From Limnoglobus sp. (lineage in GTDB: Bacteria > Planctomycetota > Planctomycetia > Gemmatales > Gemmataceae), in the NCBI GenBank assembly GCA_041742055.1, contig JBGSJI010000048.1, positions 6,722 through 70,721 on the forward strand: a DNA stretch of 64,000 nt, written 5' to 3'. The notes under the pieces were generated by a model. That model did not search any database. It worked only from the letters and a program-made list of their open reading frames with translations, and was not told the origin of the DNA. Both the position numbers and the translations under genes were made by a program. Positions 33,525-41,277 of this stretch are shown one piece after another (position 1 is the stretch's first letter; each line of letters opens with the position of its first letter).

Positions 33525-36203
33525 ATGAAACGGTATCGTTGGAAGATCGCTGCGGGATGCCTCGCATCGGTTGTGCTCAGTTCAAACTCGTCCGTTGCAC
33601 AATTGCCCTCGGATCTTCCGAAAGCCCCGCCGGCGGGTCTGGAACTCTCGACTTCGCCCATCCCGGCCGAGTTGCCCGTCGTTCCGACCGATGAAAACAT
33701 TCGATTGGCGCAGGGGCCGGATCTTCCCACGCCAGTCCAACCGACCACCATTCCTACACCAACCCCAACACCCACGCCGGTTCCGACTCCGCAGCCGGAA
33801 CAAGCGAAACCTTCCGCTGGCGGGTCCAGCAGTACCGTTTCGGTGAATCCCGATACGGGGACGGGACAACCCCAGGCGGTGCAAGCCGGCGGTCAACAAC
33901 CCGCACAGGCACTGAACGCCCCGGATCTCGGCGGGCTTTTGAGTAAGTCGGATCAGGCGACGGGTGTCGAAGTTCAGCGGCGGAACGCCATCAGCAGCGA
34001 CCCCCGCCTACGCGGTTTACGAAACGGTCAGTATCTCGCGCTTGGCGATGGTGTACCCTATTTCCCTGGCCGGCTCGATCTCGATACTCCGGTTTCGAAG
34101 TTTTACCCTGCCATGGTTCGTGACGTGCAGGTGGTTCGCGGGCCGTTCACAACACTCCTCGGGCCCGGATTCGGTTTCATCAATATCGGTACCGTTAACT
34201 CGCCCCGTTCCCAGGATCGATGCGGTGGCGTCGAATATCACGGGATTTCGTCACTCGGTTATCAGACCAACGGCGAACAATACAACGCCCTGCAGGTCGT
34301 CTCCGCTGCCGGATCCAACTGGGGCTTCCGTGGGAGTTACAATATCCTGCAGGGGAACGATTTCTCGGACGGCAACGGAAACAAGATCCCCGCCAGCTAC
34401 CTCTCGAATAACTTCAACGTCGCTCTCGGTTACGATCTCACCGATAACCTGTCGATCGAATTCAAGGGGCTGCGAACGTTCCAGAGCAACCTGGAGTTTC
34501 CCGGTCTGTACTTCGACGTCGATGCCTCCGATACCGAAGCGTACAACATCCGGCTGACCGCCAAAGACTTCGGCCCCTTCGATATCTTCACCACGGATCT
34601 GTGGTACAACGTCTCGACGACGAGCGGCAGCACGAGGGGCGGAGCGAAACAGCAGTTCGTGAATACCCTGCTCCAGTTCGCATTCGAAGAACCGTTCCTT
34701 CCGCGCGATGCGTCGGGCCAGCCGATCGTCCGAGGCGCAACGCTTCGGGGTTATGAATTCGCTGATATGTCCACCACCCGCTTCGCCGAGCGCTCCATCG
34801 GTTACCGGTTCACGGGCCAATGGGGCAACCTGATGGATGAACTGACGATCACCATGGGGACGGATCTCAATCTGTTCGGTCAGGGCCTTGTGGAAAATAT
34901 CAAGATCGCACAACTCGGCGGGCCGGCTATTCCCGCAATTGACCCGAATACGAATATGCCAACGAATATCTTACAACAGACACAGGGCATCCCCAACTCC
35001 AACAGTTTCAATCCGGGGTTGTTCCTGGAAGCCATGCTACCGGTTGGCGAAACTTTGAAATTCAAATCCGGCGGTCGAATCGATTACGTCCGCACGAGCA
35101 GCAATCCGCGCCTGATCACCGGTAACGTGGACCTCTTCGGAAACCCGCAGAATCCGCTTCCATTCGGACAACCTCGCTTCACACTCGATCCCAGTATTTA
35201 CTCAGTTGATCCTTCACCCATCAGCATGAGGCCGGGAGATGTCAACCCGGTGACACGGCAGTTGGATCGCGATTTCTCGCTTCTGGCGGGATTCGCGACG
35301 GCCGAATACAAGATCACGGATGCGACGACCTTGTTCATGGGATACGGATATGCGGAACGTGCACCGAACCTGACGGAACTCTATGCGACCGGTCCCTTCA
35401 TCGGCGTGCTCCAGACGGGAACGAGCCGTCTGATCGGTGATCCGAATCTTTCCAAGGAGCGGATGAATCAGTTCGATGTGGGCCTGCGATACGACACCGA
35501 TTATCTCAAATTCGGCATCAGCGGTTTCTATGCCATGATCAATGATTACATCACCTACGATGCCAATCGCTTGTCGTCACTCGGTCTCTCACAGGTGGTC
35601 TTCACCAATACGGATCTGGCGACCCTCGCCGGTACGGAAGTGTACTTACAGGCGAATGTGACCAAGTGGCTCTCGCCCTTCGCCACTCTCAGCTATGTCC
35701 AGGGGATCGATCAGACTCACGTGGACAACCGCCGCGGTACCGTCTTCACGACGGTGGATGCCAACGGCACTGTGCTTACGAATCGGCTGGACAGCAGCCG
35801 CCGTCGCGATCCCGCCAGCGGAGCCTTCGCAACCGATACCGAACCGCTGCCGCAGATTCCTCCCATGGAAACGAGACTCGGCTTCCGCATCCACGGCACG
35901 CAGGATGTCCCTAAGTGGCAGATCGAAGTCGCTACACGGATCGTAAGCGGTCAAAACGCCATCGCAACCAGCCTCGGTGAAATTGTCACACCCGGATTCA
36001 CGACCATCGACATCCGCGGGTTCTATCAGGTCAACAAGAACCTGCTGATCACCGCCGGTGTGGAAAACCTGGGAGACCGGTTCTACCGAGAACACCTCGA
36101 TCCGGTCGCGTCCAACCTGCTCCAGAACGCCACCGGGGTGAGCGTGCCGCTGCTCTTCCGTCCGGGTACGAACTTCTTCTTCAATACGCAATACACGTAT
36201 TGA
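33525..36203 (+). CDS. TonB-dependent-receptor-like outer-membrane protein (plug + beta-barrel) with a Pro/Thr-rich N-terminal linker
   Basis: Signal peptide. PTPTPTPTPVPTP linker. Plug blocks VEVQRRNAISSDPRLRGLRNGQYLALGDGVP and VRDVQVVRGPFTTLLGPG. Barrel ending FFFNTQYTY. The ATG at 33525 is preceded by GGGGGAAG. Confidence 0.8.
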   Translation: MKRYRWKIAAGCLASVVLSSNSSVAQLPSDLPKAPPAGLELSTSPIPAELPVVPTDENIRLAQGPDLPTPVQPTTIPTPTPTPTPVPTPQPEQAKPSAGGSSSTVSVNPDTGTGQPQAVQAGGQQPAQALNAPDLGGLLSKSDQATGVEVQRRNAISSDPRLRGLRNGQYLALGDGVPYFPGRLDLDTPVSKFYPAMVRDVQVVRGPFTTLLGPGFGFINIGTVNSPRSQDRCGGVEYHGISSLGYQTNGEQYNALQVVSAAGSNWGFRGSYNILQGNDFSDGNGNKIPASYLSNNFNVALGYDLTDNLSIEFKGLRTFQSNLEFPGLYFDVDASDTEAYNIRLTAKDFGPFDIFTTDLWYNVSTTSGSTRGGAKQQFVNTLLQFAFEEPFLPRDASGQPIVRGATLRGYEFADMSTTRFAERSIGYRFTGQWGNLMDELTITMGTDLNLFGQGLVENIKIAQLGGPAIPAIDPNTNMPTNILQQTQGIPNSNSFNPGLFLEAMLPVGETLKFKSGGRIDYVRTSSNPRLITGNVDLFGNPQNPLPFGQPRFTLDPSIYSVDPSPISMRPGDVNPVTRQLDRDFSLLAGFATAEYKITDATTLFMGYGYAERAPNLTELYATGPFIGVLQTGTSRLIGDPNLSKERMNQFDVGLRYDTDYLKFGISGFYAMINDYITYDANRLSSLGLSQVVFTNTDLATLAGTEVYLQANVTKWLSPFATLSYVQGIDQTHVDNRRGTVFTTVDANGTVLTNRLDSSRRRDPASGAFATDTEPLPQIPPMETRLGFRIHGTQDVPKWQIEVATRIVSGQNAIATSLGEIVTPGFTTIDIRGFYQVNKNLLITAGVENLGDRFYREHLDPVASNLLQNATGVSVPLLFRPGTNFFFNTQYTY

Positions 36204-36225
36204 GAATTGCCGATTCAAACTCGAA

Positions 36226-36249
36226 GCCGATGGGCATCTGCCCATCGGC
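36226..36249. terminator. Bidirectional hairpin between the OMP gene and the tssM-like gene
   Basis: GCCGATGGGCA-TC-TGCCCATCGGC followed by TTTCAGATTTT. It lies between convergent stops at 36203 and 36252. Confidence 0.7.
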
Positions 36250-36251
36250 TT

Positions 36252-37913
36252 TCAGATTTTGACACCTTTGAAGAATTGCAGATAAACAATGCCGCCGCAG
36301 ATGGCCAGTAACAGGATCGCTGCGATGTACAGCAAGCCCGACCATTGAGAATACGATTTGTCCTCTATGATCGCTTCAGTGGACCAACTCACTGCATTCT
36401 GCGATTCGGTCAGCCGCTGGAAGACACCGGCAACGAACGCCTGATGCTTATCATCGCGTCCGGTGGCGGAAAGGTAGCAACCCGCAACGAGAGGATAACT
36501 GGCAAGTTGATCACTGTAGGCTGTCGTCGCTTCGACAGGAAGACCACGTGAGAGGATCCGGCCCAGCCTCGGACCACGAACGAACATTTCATGAAGAAAC
36601 GCAAAGAGCTTCTGATTCGTGGCCGGGACGAAGGCCCCGGTGTTGCGTTGTTCCGGCGGCCAGTCCAGAGTGAGATACTTGATGACCCAGGTCGCCAGCA
36701 CATTCATCCGGATCCAATCGGCCGCCACTTCCATGATGGTCGGGATTTCTTCAGGCGGACGATCGGGAACCAGAGGGAGCCGCTGGCCGATCCGTTGTTT
36801 GAGCATTTCTTTGGGAAACTTCCGGCGGAATTCTTCGAATCCCGTGGCCTGTTCGAGATCGCAGATCATGACAACATGCGCGAATCGCTGCCGGAGGGCG
36901 GAACGGGCCGTCGCCAGATCCGTCGCGAGGACGCCGACCGCGTTCCGGCAGAGTTCGTCGGATTCCAGTGCCGCCCAGGGCAGCAGCACCATCATTCCGT
37001 TGATCGGGCAATACGGCCTTCGATCTCGCGTGATCAGGTGGCAGAGATAGGCCAGACGGCGGGGGCCCATCATCAGCACATCGCTGGAAAGATTGATCCT
37101 CCGCATTCCGCCAGCCGCTTTCGTCGATTGAATCAGTTCGCCCAGTTCGCGGAGTCGAGCATCTTCTTCCGGTGTCAGTACGCGATCGCTCTGGATCTGC
37201 AGCAGCCGATAGAATTCGTCTTGCACTTTTTCATCGACCCCTTTGAGCGCCTGTCCGGGAGTAATGGTCTTGCCGATAGCAGACTCTCCAGTGGATTCGA
37301 ACCCTCCTCCGATTTCCGGGTTGGCGAGCGCATCGGCGAAGCTTCCCCAGGTCGAGGCTCCCGAACAGCAGACGAAGATGCCTTCCGGTCCTGCGAAAAT
37401 TCGGATGGGAGAATCGACAGCGAGGGGTGTCCGTAGTTTGATGGGCAGACCGGACGCCAGAAAGAGCGCATCGTCACCGGTTGAAGGTTTTCCCAGCACC
37501 AGAAAGAGCGGCAGGTCGCCGAGCCGGTATCCGTTCTGGGCGAGCTTGCGGATGGCCTCGTCCCATGCGGCTTCGATGTCCGGGAATTCGGCGGCATCTC
37601 CGCGATTGAACAGTTTCCACCAGTAATAACCAAGCCAGCTGATGACATAAATCAAAGCGAAGATCAGCGGGAGATAGATCTCCTTGATTTCTTTTGTCGC
37701 TTTCGAAATGAGCAGATCCTGAACGAACTTCTGCTTGTTGAGATACCACAAACCCCAGAAGATGAGCATCAGAATGATGACATGGACGAGATAGCGAAAC
37801 CACTTTGGCCAGGATCGAAAATCCGCCGCTTCGGAAAAGACCGGAATGATGAGGCCGACGATTCCGCGGATCCACATCAACAGTGAGGATCCAAACATGA
37901 CAAGAGCTTGCAT
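36252..37913 (-). CDS. tssM: TssM/IcmF N-terminal-domain protein (truncated type: no periplasmic C-terminal domain, degenerate Walker A)
   Basis: Three N-terminal hydrophobic helices. LPLFLVLGKPSTGDDALF aligns to the TssM LPWYLxIGxxGxGKT box but lacks GK[ST]. PINGMMVLLPWAAL matches the conserved TssM PLNGVxxxxS block. The last TM helix (LLYIAAILLLAICGGIVYL) is followed by only 8 residues and a stop. Lies 19 nt downstream of the dotU-like gene. Confidence 0.7.
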   Translation of the reverse strand: MQALVMFGSSLLMWIRGIVGLIIPVFSEAADFRSWPKWFRYLVHVIILMLIFWGLWYLNKQKFVQDLLISKATKEIKEIYLPLIFALIYVISWLGYYWWKLFNRGDAAEFPDIEAAWDEAIRKLAQNGYRLGDLPLFLVLGKPSTGDDALFLASGLPIKLRTPLAVDSPIRIFAGPEGIFVCCSGASTWGSFADALANPEIGGGFESTGESAIGKTITPGQALKGVDEKVQDEFYRLLQIQSDRVLTPEEDARLRELGELIQSTKAAGGMRRINLSSDVLMMGPRRLAYLCHLITRDRRPYCPINGMMVLLPWAALESDELCRNAVGVLATDLATARSALRQRFAHVVMICDLEQATGFEEFRRKFPKEMLKQRIGQRLPLVPDRPPEEIPTIMEVAADWIRMNVLATWVIKYLTLDWPPEQRNTGAFVPATNQKLFAFLHEMFVRGPRLGRILSRGLPVEATTAYSDQLASYPLVAGCYLSATGRDDKHQAFVAGVFQRLTESQNAVSWSTEAIIEDKSYSQWSGLLYIAAILLLAICGGIVYLQFFKGVKI

Positions 37914-37932
37914 GACGATCCGTTGTTAAGTG

Positions 37933-38616
37933 TCAATCGTATTGCGACAGATACCGCGCCAGGACGGCGGCGCCGGCGAACAGCCCCGCGGCGGCCACAA
38001 CCATCAGAACCCGGCCCGCCGTGCGAAATCGATCGCGCCCGCGGAGTGGAGCGACGTTCATCTTCATTCCAAGATCGGCCGGCATGCGGAATTCCTGCTG
38101 ATGGGAATCCATCACACGGCGCTTGACCCGGTCAACCCATTCCGGTGGATTGATGATACCAGGATCTCCCCGGAAGCCGAGCATGACACACCAGAGATAC
38201 GCTTCGACCGCTTCCGCACCGGGCCGCTTCTCCGCAAGATCCGCCTGAAGCCAGAACCGCCACGCACGCTCCTGACCCCCGCCGTAGAGTTCGGACTCCA
38301 GGGATTTCTCTTTCCAGGACCGTGCCCAGTTCCGATTGGATTCCGAAACATCGTTGATGAAGATTTCATCGAGCCAACTCGCGAGTGCGTAGCGAACACC
38401 GAGGAAGTCGGTCGAAGTGGGTTGCACCGGCCGCGGGACGTTATCGCCGTAGTCCGGGTGCGCGCGTACCGCGCCATCGGCCCAGAGCATCGACTTCAGT
38501 CGGGCATTTTCCGCATCGAGGAGCACGCTCTCGCCGCTCAGCACGCGCTCTTTCAGGTTCAGGCCGTAGGCCAGAACTTCGAGAACGTGACTGGTCAGTT
38601 CATGAGCTATCGGCAT
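37933..38616 (-). CDS. tssL: DotU/TssL family protein (cytoplasmic domain plus single C-terminal TM anchor)
   Basis: VRYALASWLDEIFIN..., SLESELYGGG, AVEAYLWCVMLGFRGD, then TM helix VLMVVAAAGLFAGAAVLA. Size and layout are typical of DotU without a peptidoglycan-binding extension. Confidence 0.8.
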   Translation of the reverse strand: MPIAHELTSHVLEVLAYGLNLKERVLSGESVLLDAENARLKSMLWADGAVRAHPDYGDNVPRPVQPTSTDFLGVRYALASWLDEIFINDVSESNRNWARSWKEKSLESELYGGGQERAWRFWLQADLAEKRPGAEAVEAYLWCVMLGFRGDPGIINPPEWVDRVKRRVMDSHQQEFRMPADLGMKMNVAPLRGRDRFRTAGRVLMVVAAAGLFAGAAVLARYLSQYD

Positions 38617-38633
38617 GAGGCGTGTCTCTCCCG

Positions 38634-40055
38634 TCAGGTTTTGGGCGGAATGACATAGAGCGTGAAGCGCAGAATCGGTTGCCGGTTGGGCTGCCCCTTG
38701 ATCATGACGTCGCGTTTGCCTTCGAGATCGCCGGAAAGCAACCGCTCATTGAGGCGGATCGCGACTTTGCGGGTCTTCTGAACAAACGGCCATTCTTCCT
38801 TGGTGGCTTCGATCGAGAAGTAAGTGTCTTTCTTGGTGATGGGCAGGACCCGTGGCGGCTGCGGTTCGTGGCGGAAGATCATGCCGCGATGCCCGCGGGC
38901 GTAGACTTCCTCGACCCGATCGGACGAGGCGATTTTCATGTTCATCTGTCCCGCGGTCAGCAGCGCGATGACTTCGGCGCTTGCGAGGTTCGACTCGACG
39001 CCGACGAACATTTGCCAGCCGGCCGCGAGCCATGGTTCCTCCATGTCCACCTGCATCTGCAACCCCTTGCCGCTGAACGGGCGTTGCTGAAATTTGCGAT
39101 CCGCCCCGATCATGTTGAGAAGTTGATCGAGGATTCGCTTGAGTTCGAAGAATCCCGTTCCGAGGTCGTCGTGATCGTAATCGACCAGTTCGGGGCAGAC
39201 GCGTTCGGTCCCGAAGATCGCCAGCTGACCGATCAGGCGGCAGAGTTCTGTGAAAGCGGTGAGCGGGTGGATGCCGTCGGTGCGTGCGAGTAGCCGCGTG
39301 ACGGAGGCAGCCTCGTTGAGGAGCCGGACCTGCTCGAACATGAGCCGCGCTTCCGGATCGGTATCCTGAAATGTGATTTCGCGGTCGCGGACCGTGGTGC
39401 CGAGATCGCGGACGAGCGTGCCGATCTTGTAGTAGATGGGCTGAAGGATATCGCTGCGGAGTTCGGGCCATGCCTCGCAGGCAAGCACGGGCGGGATGAT
39501 CGCGCGGTTGAGGATGGGAGCCGTGTCGCCTTGTGTGGAGCGTGTGAGTGTCGCGAGCGGGAGCGTTTCGTACCCTGCGGAGTCCTGGCCTGAGAGCAAA
39601 AGCGTCAGGCTGAGGCGGCGAAACTGGAGCGGCCGTTCATTTTTTCCATCGTTTTCATCGGGCACCCGTGGGTCGGATTCAATGCGGTAACGCTTCTCGT
39701 CGTCGTTTGCTCCTCCGACGTTCACGCGTCCGACTTCGAGTGTCGGAACCGCCAGAAAAACTTCGACCTGATCGTTCTGTTCGAATGCGAGGCGGAGGTC
39801 GAGTTCGCGCAGGTTGCAGTCCTGCGGCACGCGGACGATGGTGCCGTCGCGCATCCGCGCCTGCAGAGTGCCGACGACAAAACGGTAGTTTTTCAGGGCA
39901 TTTCGATCGATATCGATCCGGCGGATGCCCCAGTTGTAAGGGGAATCCCAGCGGCTGGATTGGCGCGTATAGTCCGCCCAGAATCGATCCGAGGCCTGAA
40001 AATGGTGCGGACGAAGGAACATCCCTTCGTGCCAGTACACCGGTAGCGTTCGCAT
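38634..40055 (-). CDS. tssK: Type VI secretion baseplate subunit TssK (VasE/ImpJ family)
   Basis: N-terminus MRTLPVYWHEGMFLRPHHFQASDRFW...GTLQARMRDGTIV matches the hallmark TssK shoulder-domain start (xVxWxEGMFLxPQHFQQxDRY). At 473 aa the length is typical. Start moved to the ATG at 40055. The 33 codons upstream in the track ORF have no homology signal. Confidence 0.85.
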   Translation of the reverse strand: MRTLPVYWHEGMFLRPHHFQASDRFWADYTRQSSRWDSPYNWGIRRIDIDRNALKNYRFVVGTLQARMRDGTIVRVPQDCNLRELDLRLAFEQNDQVEVFLAVPTLEVGRVNVGGANDDEKRYRIESDPRVPDENDGKNERPLQFRRLSLTLLLSGQDSAGYETLPLATLTRSTQGDTAPILNRAIIPPVLACEAWPELRSDILQPIYYKIGTLVRDLGTTVRDREITFQDTDPEARLMFEQVRLLNEAASVTRLLARTDGIHPLTAFTELCRLIGQLAIFGTERVCPELVDYDHDDLGTGFFELKRILDQLLNMIGADRKFQQRPFSGKGLQMQVDMEEPWLAAGWQMFVGVESNLASAEVIALLTAGQMNMKIASSDRVEEVYARGHRGMIFRHEPQPPRVLPITKKDTYFSIEATKEEWPFVQKTRKVAIRLNERLLSGDLEGKRDVMIKGQPNRQPILRFTLYVIPPKT

Positions 40056-40238
40056 GGTGGGTCCCGGAAATTCCGCGGAAATCGCACGGATCGTACTTTC
40101 GTAGGTATACCCGATGAACCGGTTCAGGTGAAGGGGCCAATGCCGCTTGTTCACCTGCCAATCATCAGATTCGGTTCGCTTTGTATCATGGTAACAATTG
40201 GTCGTACCATTTCAGGGTTGGCTTGAGTGGGTCCGAGT

Positions 40239-41258
40239 ATGAATGAGATCGACTGGTGGAAGGGGCATCGGCCAAACCAGATGCTCGATTTTGTTGAGAA
40301 TCGACTGACGCCACGCCGCTGGCGGTTGCTCAGTACCGCCTATCTCCGGCGCCGCTGGGACCTCGTTCCCGAAGGCGTCTTCCGCAACGCCGTCGAGTTT
40401 CTCGAGCGCAACGCCGAAGCGCCCCGAGCCTCGTTCGCCAAAGAGTGGATCGAGCGGCTCACCGTTGCGGTTGCGAAACTCGTCCAGCAAGCCATCGACG
40501 AAACCGAAAAACTCGTCCAGTCCGCCGCCATGGAACTGATCGAAACGCCTGCCACAACCGCGCCGGCGCTCCCGCTCTTCGTTGCCGCCGGCCAGTACGC
40601 CTCGCTGGCCGTTTCCCTCGCCGGCAGACCCGTCGAACTCGCCGTTCAAGCCGTGCAATGCCTCTTCGAACAGCCCGGACGCGATGCCACCCTGCGCACC
40701 GCACAACAAATCGAAGACGCACTCGTCGCCCGCGCGAACTGCGCCCGAGCCGTCTCAACCGCCCTCCGCCTCAAACTCCAGGGCGATGAAATCGCAGATG
40801 CCGCCGTCGGCGCGAAAAACAAACGCATCGAACTGGCAAAGGCGGAGGAGATCGTTCGCCGCACACGCGAGCAGGACGATAATCGCCTGATCGAAGACGA
40901 CCTTGCCGAACGCGCGGTCCGGAAAGCCCTCGCACGTTTCCTGCACGAACTCGTGGGCAATCCCCTGAGCGACTACGCGTTCAAAGATTCCTGGCGAACC
41001 GAGACGGTGATCGGCTTGGCGCGGGGAATTGAAGAGGATCGGGCGTTCGACCGGATGCCGCTGCTTGCCGATGCGCTGCTCGATGCGGACTGCGATTCCG
41101 AGGCCGTCCTCCGGCACCTGAGAGGAACCGAAAAACACGCGACGGAAAAATCCATCCACGTGAGAGGATGCTGGGTTCTCGATCGCATTCTCAGACCGGA
41201 CGATCCGCTGTTCGGAACGGCAGTCCAACCGAAAGCCAAACGAAAAAAGAAAACCTAA
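40239..41258 (+). CDS. Hypothetical protein of the planctomycete/myxobacterial paralogous family ending in the ...HVRGCWVLD motif
   Basis: N-terminus DWWKG..P.QMLDFV...RRWRLLSTAYLRRRWDLVPE..FRNAVEFLERNAE. C-terminus LLADALLDADCDSEAVLRHLRG...HVRGCWVLDRIL. I recognise both as a recurrent uncharacterised family. Transcribed divergently from tssK. Confidence 0.55.
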   Translation: MNEIDWWKGHRPNQMLDFVENRLTPRRWRLLSTAYLRRRWDLVPEGVFRNAVEFLERNAEAPRASFAKEWIERLTVAVAKLVQQAIDETEKLVQSAAMELIETPATTAPALPLFVAAGQYASLAVSLAGRPVELAVQAVQCLFEQPGRDATLRTAQQIEDALVARANCARAVSTALRLKLQGDEIADAAVGAKNKRIELAKAEEIVRRTREQDDNRLIEDDLAERAVRKALARFLHELVGNPLSDYAFKDSWRTETVIGLARGIEEDRAFDRMPLLADALLDADCDSEAVLRHLRGTEKHATEKSIHVRGCWVLDRILRPDDPLFGTAVQPKAKRKKKT

Positions 41259-41277
41259 TCGAAGATCGTGTCAGATG

